Part shown: in pieces, positions 27,238 to 38,094 of the stretch
How positions within the stretch are numbered: position 1 is the first letter of the stretch
Layout: the number at the start of each line of letters is the position of its first letter
NCBI GenBank assembly: GCA_001770205.1
Contig: MEQL01000027.1
Location: 1 to 64,000 of the forward strand
Direction: 5' to 3'
From: Bdellovibrionales bacterium RIFOXYD12_FULL_39_22
Lineage (GTDB): Bacteria > Bdellovibrionota > Bacteriovoracia > Bacteriovoracales > Bacteriovoracaceae
Length of the DNA: 64,000 nt
The notes under the pieces: generated by a model
What the model was told of the DNA's origin: nothing
Seen by the model: the letters and a program-made list of their open reading frames with translations, nothing else
Database searches by the model: none
Translations under genes and position numbers: made by a program

Positions 27238-28175
27238 TCTGCCATCGCTTGGTCGATTATTGACTTGGCCTGCGCTATTAGTGATCTTGGAGGAGGATTT
27301 TTTACAGCACGAATTGTTTCATTTAGCTGCCAAGGGGTTCGCATGCCACAGAGCAGATGTGTTAATGGGGGGTGAGTAAGATTGTATCCACAGGCCAACT
27401 CGAGAAGAGTGTGGCCGTGTGCATTCAAAAGAGTGGCAATTTTTTCGATAGTAGCAATTTTTTTCCGATTGGCCTTTTTGTCCCACCAGGGCGCCCAACC
27501 TCTTGCATCACTTCGATCATATGTTCTATCATTAGTAACGGTGCCAGAAATAATTCCTTTATCAAAAGTGCCCCAACTCATAAAAGCGATATGATGCGAA
27601 GATAGGTAGTTTAGAAAATCTTCACTTTGACGATGGAAAAGGTTGAATTCTGACTGCACTACCTCGATGGAATCAATCTGTGCGGCCAAATCCAAATCGA
27701 CAAGATTGGTATTACACAATCCCAAATGTTTTATTTTTCCCTGTGATTTTGCAGAGGCCAGGGCCTCCATTGGGCGTCTAATGTCAATTTTGTTATCTGG
27801 CCAGTGAATCATATATAGATCGATATAATCACTTTGAAGATCACGAAGGGATTGCTCCAACATTTTAATAGTAGTAACCGGATCATTAGTCATGTTGACG
27901 CGTCGATTGTTATGCCAGGTTACTCCAGATTTTGAAATTATAAAAACCTTCTCTCTCTTTCTTCGGAAGGCCATCCCCAGGCGTTTTTCGGAAAGGCCAA
28001 AACCGTAGATTGGAGCAGTGTCAAAAATAGTAATACCCAAGTCAAATGCTTGCATAAGCAGAGCATTGGCAGAGGTATCAGATATTTCGCCAAAACCATA
28101 TCCTCCCCCCTCGCCACTGATGGCCGCTCCACCAAAACAGATGGGTATCTCAGAAATTGTTTGTAGTAGATTCAT
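27234..28175 (-). CDS. Aldo/keto reductase
   Basis: DTAPIYG, SK, DYIDLYMIHWPD. Confidence 0.9.
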   Translation of the reverse strand: MNLLQTISEIPICFGGAAISGEGGGYGFGEISDTSANALLMQAFDLGITIFDTAPIYGFGLSEKRLGMAFRRKREKVFIISKSGVTWHNNRRVNMTNDPVTTIKMLEQSLRDLQSDYIDLYMIHWPDNKIDIRRPMEALASAKSQGKIKHLGLCNTNLVDLDLAAQIDSIEVVQSEFNLFHRQSEDFLNYLSSHHIAFMSWGTFDKGIISGTVTNDRTYDRSDARGWAPWWDKKANRKKIATIEKIATLLNAHGHTLLELACGYNLTHPPLTHLLCGMRTPWQLNETIRAVKNPPPRSLIAQAKSIIDQAMAE

Positions 28176-28237
28176 AAAATTTAACTATAAATTTCAATAT
28201 AGTTTTTATAACATTATCAATTATTTTAATCTCAAGG

Positions 28238-29440
28238 ATGTGTACTACGGAAACACCAAAAAGTTCAACCAATTTACCACCGCAAGGCCAAGAACTTTTT
28301 AAAGTAGATGATTCTCTTAAAAGGGATGACTGCTTTTTCACGGTGCTAGAGTCCCTTCCACATCCATTTTACGTTATAGATGCAAATAGTTATAAGATTT
28401 TACTGGCAAATTCTGCGGCCAGGGGGGCGCAAAACTTTTTAAATGCGCAAACGACCTGTTATCAGCTAACGCATCATCGCAATACACCATGTCACGAAGG
28501 AGAAGTTAATTGTCCATGTCCCTTGGAGACCGTTAAGAGAACAAAGAAGTCATTTGTTATTAAGCACACCCATTATGTTGAAGATGGTGTAGCGCGTGAA
28601 TATGAGGTACATGGCCACCCAATTTTTGATGAAAATGGAAACGTTTCCAAGATGATTGAATATTCATTAGATATAACCGATCGCTTGGTGGCACAAAAAG
28701 AGCGCGAGATATTGCAAAAGCAGATTTTTCACATATCTAAGATGGCCTCATTAACCACCTTAGCTTCTGGTATTGCTCACGAATTAAATAACCCACTGAC
28801 TGGAATTTTGGGATTTGCACAGATAATTGAGATGCAGGCAACGGGTAATGAGAAATTGATTAGTAATGTTAGCAAAATAATAACTTCGGCCATGCGCATG
28901 AAGGCCATTATTGAGCAACTTGGCCGCTTCTGTGTTCGGCCAGAAGACTATCGACTACAGTCAATTGATTTAAATAAAATTATTAAGAGCTCTCTTATTT
29001 TACTTAATAAACATTTAGAACATCGAAATATTATAGTTGAGCTAAATTTAACGGAAAAAGAATGTGAGGTTTTTGGTGATGATATGAAATTGGAAAATGT
29101 TTTTCATAATCTTATCTTAAATTCACGTGCCGCTTTTGAAAAATCTTCTCAGACAATGGAAAAGAAAATAGTCATAAGTTCAAATATAGAAGGATCTAAC
29201 GCAATTGTAACTTACATGGATAATGCGGGAGGAATTCCGGCAGAAAATATTGGCCGTATTTTTGATCCTTTTTTCACTACAGAGGAAGCCGGCAAGGGAA
29301 TGGGCCTTGGACTATCATTAGTGCATGAGATAATTCAAGGCCACAAGGGAGAGATTTCTGTTGTCTCCGATTGTAAAAAAGGAATCACCACATTTAAAAT
29401 ATCTATTCCACAAAATTCAATGAAGGAAACTGTCAAATGA
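28238..29440 (+). CDS. Cytoplasmic PAS sensor histidine kinase
   Basis: Cys-rich [31 protein letters not shown]. Confidence 0.9.
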   Translation: MCTTETPKSSTNLPPQGQELFKVDDSLKRDDCFFTVLESLPHPFYVIDANSYKILLANSAARGAQNFLNAQTTCYQLTHHRNTPCHEGEVNCPCPLETVKRTKKSFVIKHTHYVEDGVAREYEVHGHPIFDENGNVSKMIEYSLDITDRLVAQKEREILQKQIFHISKMASLTTLASGIAHELNNPLTGILGFAQIIEMQATGNEKLISNVSKIITSAMRMKAIIEQLGRFCVRPEDYRLQSIDLNKIIKSSLILLNKHLEHRNIIVELNLTEKECEVFGDDMKLENVFHNLILNSRAAFEKSSQTMEKKIVISSNIEGSNAIVTYMDNAGGIPAENIGRIFDPFFTTEEAGKGMGLGLSLVHEIIQGHKGEISVVSDCKKGITTFKISIPQNSMKETVK

Positions 29441-30282
29441 ACAACAATCTCTTTGTCCAATGGGCCGATCAAACACCACAAATAAGAAAAAATATTTTAC
29501 AAATGATTGCTAAAGCGCAAAGTGGCCATCCTGGCGGGAGTTTGTCTTGCGTAGAAATTATATATACACTGATGGCACCAAACGGGGTGATGAAATATAA
29601 TCCAAAAAAACCATTAGAACGAGAGCGTGATCGCTTTGTTTTAAGTAAGGGACATGCTTGTCCGACCTTGTATGCAGTACTATCTGCCGTGGGCCATGAT
29701 ATTTCGCAAGACGAACTTATGAGTTTGCGACAGCTAGGTTCTCGTTTGCAAGGACATCCAGATCGCGCTCGACTCCCATATGTGGAGGCCAGTACTGGAA
29801 GTTTGGGCCAGGGTGCCTCTATTGCGCAAGGAATTGCCATGTCCTATAAACTAGATTCTCTCAATCATCGCGTCTTTGCTTTACTTGGTGATGGCGAAAT
29901 GCAGGAAGGACAAATTTGGGAAGTGGCCCTTTCTGCCCCTCATCAAAAATTAGATAATCTAACTTTGATATTGGATTACAACAAAGGGCAGATAGATGGC
30001 CCGACTAATAAAGTTCTCTCCCTGGATCCGTTAACTGATAAGTGGCGATCATTTGGATGGGAGGTGTCAGAAGTAAACGGCCACAGCTACTCTGAGCTAT
30101 ATACTGCGCTTAGCAAGAAATCTCCTCGGCCACAGATGGTCATAGCGCACACAATTAAAGGCCGCGGAGTTTCTTTTATGGAAGGAAATACTGATTGGCA
30201 TGGCCGCGCACCTAATGTGAAAGAGTTAGAGCTGGCACTACAAGAAGTTGCAGCAAATAGGCAGATTGGTCTGTCGAATTAG
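29437..30282 (+). CDS. tkt: Transketolase, N-terminal subunit
   Basis: GHPGGSLS, DRFVLSKGH, TGSLGQG, GDGEMQEG. Confidence 0.92.
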   Translation: MNNNLFVQWADQTPQIRKNILQMIAKAQSGHPGGSLSCVEIIYTLMAPNGVMKYNPKKPLERERDRFVLSKGHACPTLYAVLSAVGHDISQDELMSLRQLGSRLQGHPDRARLPYVEASTGSLGQGASIAQGIAMSYKLDSLNHRVFALLGDGEMQEGQIWEVALSAPHQKLDNLTLILDYNKGQIDGPTNKVLSLDPLTDKWRSFGWEVSEVNGHSYSELYTALSKKSPRPQMVIAHTIKGRGVSFMEGNTDWHGRAPNVKELELALQEVAANRQIGLSN

Positions 30283-30310
30283 TTTATATAATAAAAGGGG
30301 GAGAGGGCCA

Positions 30311-31234
30311 ATGAGTGGAAAAATTGCAACCAGAAAATCTTTTGGAATGGCCTTGGCCGATTTTGGAGAGAAATATAAAGACGTAGTTTGTTTTGATGCG
30401 GATCTATCAAAATCAACAATGTCGATTTTGTTTGCCAAAAAATATCCGGGGCGTTTTTTTGAGATGGGTATTCAGGAGGCCAACATGATTGGCTGTGCGG
30501 CCGGCATGTCTTTTATGGGTAAAATTCCGTTCATTTGTAGCTTCGGAGCATTTTTAACTGGCCGCTTCGATCAAATTCGTATGTCTATTGGGTACGCTAA
30601 CGCTAACGTTAAGTTAATTGGAACTCATTGCGGAGTGGCCATTGGAGAGGATGGCCATTCACAGATGGGATTAGAAGATATAGCGCTTATGCGCTCAATT
30701 CCCAATATGGTGGTTTTGCAACCGGCCGACGATAAAGAGTGTCGTGAAATGGTAGAGTGGGCCATTAATCATCAAGGGCCGGTCTACTTGCGCCTAACGC
30801 GCCAAGAATTGCCACAGTTTAATATGGATAAGTTTATTCCAGGGATTTTTCCGCAGCTAAAAATGGGAGAGAAAATGGCCTTTTTGGCAACAGGGGGAAT
30901 GCTAGAAGCGGCCCTAAATGCAGCGGAGGGCCTTGCCAAAAAAGGGACTGGAAAGAATCCAGCAGTCTTCAATGCTAATTTAGCTAAACCGTTGGCCGAC
31001 AATTTTATGATGAATCTTGCAGATAAGTATGAAACGTTGGTAGTTTTTGAGGATCACACTGTTATGGGTGGAACGGGCTCGGCAATAGCTGAATGGGTTT
31101 CCCAAAATGCCAAAATTCCACGAAGAGTTATTCGTTATGGAGTGAATGATAGTTTTGGAGAGTCCGGAACGCCAGAGGCCCTTCTCGATAAGCATGGATT
31201 GACTGCCACGAAAATTGAAAATTACTTTTCTTAA
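30311..31234 (+). CDS. tkt: Transketolase, C-terminal subunit
   Basis: ADLSKST, GIQEANM, GEDGHSQ, EDH; ATG 30311. Confidence 0.92.
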   Translation: MSGKIATRKSFGMALADFGEKYKDVVCFDADLSKSTMSILFAKKYPGRFFEMGIQEANMIGCAAGMSFMGKIPFICSFGAFLTGRFDQIRMSIGYANANVKLIGTHCGVAIGEDGHSQMGLEDIALMRSIPNMVVLQPADDKECREMVEWAINHQGPVYLRLTRQELPQFNMDKFIPGIFPQLKMGEKMAFLATGGMLEAALNAAEGLAKKGTGKNPAVFNANLAKPLADNFMMNLADKYETLVVFEDHTVMGGTGSAIAEWVSQNAKIPRRVIRYGVNDSFGESGTPEALLDKHGLTATKIENYFS

Positions 31235-31330
31235 GGGAACTTTTAGAAGATTTTCTTGCAAATTTTGTCGATTATGACTATATTGGGCGTTTCAATTAAG
31301 GCCGAGTAGCTAGTTATCAAAGGAAGTATT

Positions 31331-31564
31331 ATGGCACGAGTATGTGATTTATCTGGAAAAAGAAGATTAGTTGGAAACAAAGTTTCTCACGCAAATAATA
31401 AAACCAAAATGGCACAACGGCCAAATCTTAGAACAAAAAGAGTTTATGATCCTGAGTCAGGTGAAACCATTACTCTAAAAATTTCGGCCAGGGCAATTAA
31501 AACTTTAGATAAAGTTGGCTCTCTTTCAAAATTTGTTCGCAAGAACAAGAGCAAATTTGCCTAA
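31331..31564 (+). CDS. rpmB: 50S ribosomal protein L28
   Basis: MARVCDLSGKR..GNKVSHANNKTK...PNL. Confidence 0.95.
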   Translation: MARVCDLSGKRRLVGNKVSHANNKTKMAQRPNLRTKRVYDPESGETITLKISARAIKTLDKVGSLSKFVRKNKSKFA

Positions 31565-31639
31565 TAATATTGAATATTTGCTCGTCATTAGAATAAATCT
31601 CGACTTGTTCTGCTCTCTAATTTGAGTTACTATTGTTAA

Positions 31640-32431
31640 ATGATCCATGGAAGTTCTTCTGATCCTGTTTTAATCAAAAAAATTGCGATGCGCATTTGGA
31701 CGTTGCGCGCAGAAGTTGAATCGATTGTCGAAGAAAGAATTTTAGAAAAAGGTGGGAAGGATATTCGTCCCATTGATATTTCCGATCTGGTTAAAGAATA
31801 CTCCGGAGAAATATTGGCCGCAGATCAGGCATCCAAAACGGAAGAGGCCGCGATACTAGAGATTGCCCCGTCTGATGATGCCACATCAGACGTTGATAAT
31901 TCCGAGGATTTGATGGCCAAGGCCATCGCCGGGGAGGATGTGGAAATTCCCGAAACGACTGCTGCTAAAGTACCTAGTGATGCGGAATCTGCAGAGGTCG
32001 TCTCTGTAGAAAAAAATTTAGAGGAATCGGAGTATTTAATTCAAAGACGCCCAAATCTCCCTCCTCAGGATATTGCGATTGGAAAAACCATTCTTAGCGA
32101 AATCTATATGGACAAGATGTATTTTTTTTGTGGGCGACATTTTTTGGCCGGAGAATCCATTGTTATTGAGTTTCTTGTTCCGAAGGCATTTATAGTTAAT
32201 GCCCATGTGCTTTTTTCCACAGAGTACAACATGAAAAGTCGGATTATCAGTGAAAATAAATTGCCTTATAGGACCGGAGTTAAATTTAGCTTTTTAAGGC
32301 CAGGAGAGCGTACCCTTTTACGACATTTTCTAACTTCAATTGGGCCAACGGTTACTAAAAAAGGTGATGACGGGGCGGCAAAAAAAGGAAGTGATAGCGA
32401 TCCCGATCTTGAGGGGTTGGGAGACCTCTAG
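31640..32431 (+). CDS. Hypothetical protein with acidic linker and possible PilZ-like C-terminal barrel
   Basis: C-terminal YRTGVKFSFL..ER..L..F pattern. Confidence 0.5.
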   Translation: MIHGSSSDPVLIKKIAMRIWTLRAEVESIVEERILEKGGKDIRPIDISDLVKEYSGEILAADQASKTEEAAILEIAPSDDATSDVDNSEDLMAKAIAGEDVEIPETTAAKVPSDAESAEVVSVEKNLEESEYLIQRRPNLPPQDIAIGKTILSEIYMDKMYFFCGRHFLAGESIVIEFLVPKAFIVNAHVLFSTEYNMKSRIISENKLPYRTGVKFSFLRPGERTLLRHFLTSIGPTVTKKGDDGAAKKGSDSDPDLEGLGDL

Positions 32432-32443
32432 TCTTTGCAGCGC

Positions 32444-32863
32444 TTACGGCGAGGCCTGCTCTGCGGCGATAGCAAATTTTTCAGCACCAGCTTCTTTGGC
32501 GATATCCATAATTTGAATTGCCATTCCCAATTGAGAAGTCTTGTCTCCTTCAAAGACAACTACGTCACTTTTTTCGTTGGCGAGAGCTTCTTTGATAGTA
32601 TCACCTAAAGATTCCATGGTGGCGGCCTTGCCCTGGACTGAAATTGTGCCATTAACACTTAGAGAAACTATTACGGCGTTGCCATCTTTGGCAGAAGTTT
32701 TAACTTTGGTTTTTGGCAGATCAATATCAAGGCCAGACTCAAGAGAAATTGAAGAAGTCACCATGAAAATAATTAGAAGCACTAGCATGATATCAATTAG
32801 AGGAGTCATATTAATATCGGCCATGATTCCATCTTGATTATCGTTATCTAGTTTTATCGCCAT
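32444..32863 (-). CDS. exbD: Biopolymer transport protein ExbD/TolR
   Basis: INMTPLIDIMLVLLIIFMV. Confidence 0.88.
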   Translation of the reverse strand: MAIKLDNDNQDGIMADINMTPLIDIMLVLLIIFMVTSSISLESGLDIDLPKTKVKTSAKDGNAVIVSLSVNGTISVQGKAATMESLGDTIKEALANEKSDVVVFEGDKTSQLGMAIQIMDIAKEAGAEKFAIAAEQASP

Positions 32864-32910
32864 AAAAACCTCGATGCCACAGAGCTTAAGTTAAAAGAGA
32901 TTACTCCGCA

Positions 32911-33510
32911 CTACTCAATTAGATCCAATAAATCTTCCAGACGGTTTTTAAACTGTAGATTAATTATAGACAATTTGCTTTGGAAGTAGTTGTAAAGCAT
33001 GACGGCCATGACTGCAACGATAATTCCGGCCGCGGTAGCAATAAGGGCCTCGGATAAGTCTGCGGCCACGACAGAGAATCCACCTTTTCCGGAAGTTGCC
33101 ATCGAATCAAAGGATTTAATTATTCCCATTACAGTTCCAAATAGGCCGATGAAGGGGGCAGAGCTTCCAATGGTTCCCAAGATCCAAAGAAAACGTTTAA
33201 GGCCGATTTGAGTTTCAGACAGACGTCTGGAAATTTTTTGCTCCAATTTGGCCTTATCGGAATGTGTCTCAAATATTGCTGAATATGGCCCCTCAATCAA
33301 TGGATGCGCATTATGATAGAGTCCACGGGCCTCACTAATTTTTTTATCTTTCAATAAAAGCAGGGCAGCACCGTATAGCGAGGAAAAACTTTTATTAAAA
33401 GAAAAGATGAACCAGATTTTTTCAAAAGATATTGCCCAAACAATAATAGAGCAAATAAGCAAGGGATACATTACAAAACCACCATCTTCTAAAAACTTTA
33501 ACCAACTCAT
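32911..33510 (-). CDS. exbB: ExbB/TolQ/MotA proton channel
   Basis: APFIGLFGTVMGI, EALIATAAG; start ATG 33510. Confidence 0.88.
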   Translation of the reverse strand: MSWLKFLEDGGFVMYPLLICSIIVWAISFEKIWFIFSFNKSFSSLYGAALLLLKDKKISEARGLYHNAHPLIEGPYSAIFETHSDKAKLEQKISRRLSETQIGLKRFLWILGTIGSSAPFIGLFGTVMGIIKSFDSMATSGKGGFSVVAADLSEALIATAAGIIVAVMAVMLYNYFQSKLSIINLQFKNRLEDLLDLIE

Positions 33511-33639
33511 TTTGAGATCCTTTGTTTTTATAATTCCTTTTGTGAGTATGAAATTATTGGCAACTAAACAACTCATATCATCGCTATACTTACTCAAATT
33601 ATCAAGCTAGAATGATTAAAGATTTTAGGAAATTATAAA

Positions 33640-34668
33640 ATGTTGATTAAATTGCAATTAAAGAAAAATGATCTTTCTAGCTGGTTGCTGATTTTTTTTC
33701 TGGTGGCAATTGTTATTTTGTCCACAGTCAGTGATTTGTTTCAAACGCCAGTTTTGGTAGGACACGACGTAAATAGATATAAGTTTTTATTTGATAAAGA
33801 TGAGCTAAAAAACGTTTCGGCCATAGATTTAAAAAACAATCTAACTAATGTTTCGTTGGGTAATCAAAAAACCCATTGGCAAATGACCGCCCCTAAATCT
33901 CTACCGGCCAATGAGGAGACTGTTCAAAAAATAATTTCGGCCATTGAAGGAATTAAAATAAGAGAAGTTCATACGTTGGATCAAATAAATATATCGCATT
34001 TTTCATTAGATAATCCTCTTATGCAAATTTCTTTTAAATTTGATAATGCTGAGGCCATTTTAAAAATGAAGTTTGGTCTTATTAACTCTATAGACAATCT
34101 TACCTATGTTACGCTTTCAGATAAGGATGCTATCTATGAAGTAGAGGCAGTAAAATTGCCTATAGAATCGTATGATTTGGCAGAGTTTATTGAATCTCGG
34201 CCAATGCCATTTAATATTTCGGACATTGAGCAATTAGAAATATATCGCGGATCAAAAAAACAAAACATTTTGCAATTGTCGATTCACCAAAAAGATGGAA
34301 TTTGGCTTGATCGCGCAAATAGCGAAATTGCTTCTGAGCAGGTCAATCAATACCTACAACAATTAACGGCAGTAAGAAGTTACATGATCATTGATAGTGT
34401 AACGGATGAGCAGAAAAAAATCATTGATGATTATTTGAGTAATTTGGCCTATTCAGTGTATATTCAAATAGGAGGGCAAGAATTTGCCCTTCATGCTTCC
34501 AACATTATCGGTGGTATTGCTGACCTAAAGATTGAAAAGAAGCTCTATTTTATTGTTGCTCCTGAAGACAGAGCAATATCCTACTTGTTGCACAAAGACG
34601 TTCAGTCAATATTTTCAAAAAGGCAAAGTGATTTTCCAAAATCTTCCGCTAAGAGGCCTTTCGATTAG
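33640..34668 (+). CDS. Membrane-anchored DUF4340-like protein
   Basis: N-terminal TM; WQMTAP..LPA...FSLDNP pattern. Confidence 0.55.
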   Translation: MLIKLQLKKNDLSSWLLIFFLVAIVILSTVSDLFQTPVLVGHDVNRYKFLFDKDELKNVSAIDLKNNLTNVSLGNQKTHWQMTAPKSLPANEETVQKIISAIEGIKIREVHTLDQINISHFSLDNPLMQISFKFDNAEAILKMKFGLINSIDNLTYVTLSDKDAIYEVEAVKLPIESYDLAEFIESRPMPFNISDIEQLEIYRGSKKQNILQLSIHQKDGIWLDRANSEIASEQVNQYLQQLTAVRSYMIIDSVTDEQKKIIDDYLSNLAYSVYIQIGGQEFALHASNIIGGIADLKIEKKLYFIVAPEDRAISYLLHKDVQSIFSKRQSDFPKSSAKRPFD

Positions 34669-36100
34669 GAACAATTTTTGAGTTAGATGGAAGAATATTT
34701 TCTTTGACCAATTTACCCGGATCAGCAAAAACGCGAATAAATTTTTCAAAGATTGCCGAGTTATATCTAGCAACTAATGGTTTATCCACCAACATTGTTT
34801 TGAGTGCTTCCACTGGAGTAACTTTTTTATCAATAACAATGTGAACAAAATCATTGGCCAAGGCCACAATGTTTGCCAAAGTCAAAATTCGACTATTTTT
34901 TAGCGCACCGGGGAATCCAGTGCCGTTGTAATACTCATGATGTTGTAGAATTATTTGCTTAACAGCGTGATTGATCAAAATGTGGCCCTCCACAAGTTCG
35001 GCCCCCAGCTGCGGATGCTGTTGATATAAGGCGCGTTCTTGATCACTAAAGTCTGCCGGCCTTTTATTTAATAATTCAGGAGGAAGTTTGCTTTTTCCAA
35101 TGTCATGAAACATGCACGCCAGAGCAGTATTTTCAATTGTGGCCCGCGACTGCCACTCAAATTGCTTAATAATTGAACTGGCAAAAAGGGTGACAGAAAA
35201 AGCGTGAGTGAAAGAAGAGGGGTCTGCTTCGTGAAAATTACGGAGAAGTTTGTATAGATCATCTTGTTTTTCAATAAAATGATACACATTCGTGCAAATC
35301 TCTTTACCTTGCTGTACTACTTGCGGTTTGAGGCCGGCCTCTAAAACTTCTTGGCTAAACTTTTCGGAAACGGTTTTTAACATATCAACTTTGTGTGTCC
35401 CACTAATGGATACGTTTTTTACAATCTTGTTTGTTATATAGTTAGTAAACTGGAGATATTTTCTACGATCGGATTTATGAAAAAAGAGAAACTCAACCTT
35501 CTTCTCCACCTTATACTTATCTAAGCGTTCCTTGGAAAAAGTATCTCCAGCATGGAGAATTTTTACATATCTGCCACTATTGAGTTTTATAAAAATATCA
35601 AACAAAACGGCCTTGGAGGAATAAAATTCATCAATTTTGATACTTATGAAATTTTCATCTGCCATCTGAACTTCTACTTCTTCAGAAGTTCCCTCCTTTT
35701 GCGGAAGAGAAGAGACCAGATCCCCTAGCGTTTGATGGCCCTCTAAAACAGAAGAGAGTGCTTCAAAAGTAAACGGTTTTACTAACACTTCGGTCGCACC
35801 GATTTTAATTAATTTATCTATGGAGGTTTCCCCAGACTTAAAGGGATTTTCATCTTCCATAATTAAAATAACTCGTTGGGCGGAGTAGTTAGTCTTGATG
35901 AATTTTAACACTTGCATGGCAGAATGATTTTGCACCATATATCCAATGACAACTGCAAAGAATTTTTCATTATACATGGCGATTTGGGCATCTTTTCCGT
36001 TGGTGACACTTTTTACCTGATACATGTTTTTCTGCAGATGTTCAGTGGCAGATTTTAACCAATCACTGTCAGGGTCGACCAAAAGCAGTTTAAGCGCCAT
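34649..36100 (-). CDS. Response regulator (atypical receiver) with HD-GYP domain
   Basis: N-terminal receiver fold; HDIGK, HHEYYNGTGFP. Confidence 0.85.
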   Translation of the reverse strand: MALKLLLVDPDSDWLKSATEHLQKNMYQVKSVTNGKDAQIAMYNEKFFAVVIGYMVQNHSAMQVLKFIKTNYSAQRVILIMEDENPFKSGETSIDKLIKIGATEVLVKPFTFEALSSVLEGHQTLGDLVSSLPQKEGTSEEVEVQMADENFISIKIDEFYSSKAVLFDIFIKLNSGRYVKILHAGDTFSKERLDKYKVEKKVEFLFFHKSDRRKYLQFTNYITNKIVKNVSISGTHKVDMLKTVSEKFSQEVLEAGLKPQVVQQGKEICTNVYHFIEKQDDLYKLLRNFHEADPSSFTHAFSVTLFASSIIKQFEWQSRATIENTALACMFHDIGKSKLPPELLNKRPADFSDQERALYQQHPQLGAELVEGHILINHAVKQIILQHHEYYNGTGFPGALKNSRILTLANIVALANDFVHIVIDKKVTPVEALKTMLVDKPLVARYNSAIFEKFIRVFADPGKLVKENILPSNSKIVPNRKAS

Positions 36101-36330
36101 TAATTTATTCCCTATTGAGTTAAGTGCAGCTTGGTAATAATTCTACATAACAACCAAGTCACTACCTTCTCGTAATATTTGTCAAAGAAGTTAGATTTTA
36201 ATTGGCAAAAAAAGGATTTTCCACTGACAAAAAGTAACAGCTATAACGACATTGGCCGACCAAAACCATCGTCATAACTGCAACATGTTGATTTGGAGAT
36301 AAAAAAAGAAAATCAGAGGCAGATAATCAG

Positions 36331-36513
36331 TTATTTAATTTCTTTGTGGGGAGTATGTTTGCGCTCAAACTTACAAAACTTGCTGAATTCTAATCGATCA
36401 GGTTTTGTCTTTTTATTTTTCGTACTAGAGTAGCGACTTACTCCGGGAAGGCCACTCTTTCGGCACGTCTGACACTCTAAGTGGATAATAACTCTTGGAC
36501 CTTTTTTTGCCAC
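36331..36513 (-). CDS. rpmG: 50S ribosomal protein L33
   Basis: R..IHLEC...RYSSTKNKK...RLEFSKFC...HTPHKE. Confidence 0.93.
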   Translation of the reverse strand: MAKKGPRVIIHLECQTCRKSGLPGVSRYSSTKNKKTKPDRLEFSKFCKFERKHTPHKEIK

Positions 36514-36710
36514 AACAACCTCGCTGTTTTAATTTCAAAAAATATAAAAAATCAACCTACTACGTTTGGCCTTGGCCGACAATAGAAATTTTAGGTAAGG
36601 ATCTAGATTAATGGAAGAATTCTTGACAAGATGATAAAAATTGTTCAGACTGCCCGACATTACAAAACCGCACCTGTATTATAGCAGGCGCATTATGCAA
36701 GGATCCAGTT

Positions 36711-36929
36711 ATGAAAAAAGAAGGACATCCGGCCTACAACGAAGTTAATGTTGAGTGTGTTTGTGGCGCCTCGTTTTCTACTAAAAGTACTAAAGAATTC
36801 AACAAAGTAGACATCTGTTCTCAATGTCATCCATTTTATACCGGTAAGCAAAAAATCATAGACACAGAAGGAAGAATCGAGAAGTTTAAAAAGAAATTTG
36901 GCGATTCATATACTAAGACAAAAAAATAG
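36711..36929 (+). CDS. rpmE: 50S ribosomal protein L31 (Zn-binding type)
   Basis: [26 protein letters not shown]. Confidence 0.95.
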   Translation: MKKEGHPAYNEVNVECVCGASFSTKSTKEFNKVDICSQCHPFYTGKQKIIDTEGRIEKFKKKFGDSYTKTKK

Positions 36930-36936
36930 ATTTAAC

Positions 36937-38010
36937 TCATTTAAGCATTACTCGAAGATGTTTATTCTCGTCGATCGTTTTGATCGTCGAGAATTTTATT
37001 TTTGTTCCCTGAATCATTTCTTTCATTTTTATAATCTCTTTTTTGCTCAGAGTTTTTTTGGGAATTTCAATTTTCAAAGTTAGCAAAAGAGCAGTGTCTG
37101 TGCAAATTTGATATTCAAAACTATGTTTAGTTTCGTTTAGAAAACGGAGAATGATTCCAGATTCTACCTTCGTATCATCGGTATTGCCACTATCTTTAAA
37201 ATGTTGGGCAGCATCTTTTTTTTGCGCCACAAGCGAGGACATAAACATAGTTCGGCGATCAATAGAGAGAATTTGAGAAAGTCGCTCAATGCCGTCGTCA
37301 TAAGAGCTTCTTACCATTTGGTGACACCAATCTTTTCTTAGATCTAGCGGGCAAGGGGAATTGAAAGTATGGCATGGGTAAATCCCTTGATATCCCCATG
37401 TTGGCAAGATTTGACGAAGCGGGATAATTAACTTAGAAAAAATTTCATGAGTGCCTGGCTCAAGGAGAAATAGAAGTTGAGGAGAAATATCTTGAACGAT
37501 TTTACTGATTTTATGAATACCTAATTCGTTAGCACTGTTTCCAAAAAAAAGTGTGTTATTGGTAGAATTCGAAGAGAAGCTCCCGTGATAATCGGAAGCG
37601 GTCTGATAATTTGTAAAAGTAGGATGAAAAGTTTCGAAAACCTTGCGTGCTTGCGCCAGCATAGTAGGAGATTTATCTATTAAAACTATTTTTCCATGGA
37701 AATTCTCTGGCCCTAGGGCATTAAGCAGTGCAATGGCATATGTTCCAGGGCCACAGCCATAATCGATAAAATTATTTTGAGCGAGTGTATGTAAAACGGC
37801 GACAGGCATATTTTTCAAAAGATAGGAAAGTTTTTTTAAATTGCTGGGCATATAAAACAGGGTATATGCAGATACAAAAACAGGGTCGTTCATGTATGAA
37901 TCAATTTGCTGGCGAGAAATAAAAATTTTTTGAATTTTTTTTATAGTAGAGACTAAAGATGCCTCATCTAAGTCGACAAGTAGAGAGCTTTTAATTTTTT
38001 GATAATTCAT
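36937..38010 (-). CDS. Rsm22-like SAM-dependent methyltransferase
   Basis: DYGCGPGT, LEPGT, PCH...CP...WCH. Confidence 0.75.
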   Translation of the reverse strand: MNYQKIKSSLLVDLDEASLVSTIKKIQKIFISRQQIDSYMNDPVFVSAYTLFYMPSNLKKLSYLLKNMPVAVLHTLAQNNFIDYGCGPGTYAIALLNALGPENFHGKIVLIDKSPTMLAQARKVFETFHPTFTNYQTASDYHGSFSSNSTNNTLFFGNSANELGIHKISKIVQDISPQLLFLLEPGTHEIFSKLIIPLRQILPTWGYQGIYPCHTFNSPCPLDLRKDWCHQMVRSSYDDGIERLSQILSIDRRTMFMSSLVAQKKDAAQHFKDSGNTDDTKVESGIILRFLNETKHSFEYQICTDTALLLTLKIEIPKKTLSKKEIIKMKEMIQGTKIKFSTIKTIDENKHLRVMLK

Positions 38011-38094
38011 TTAAGGATTATAATATCTGAGTAAAATGTTATGCGTCAAATCTGTTTGTAAATAGGTCTAGATATGAATTAGAATATAGTTATC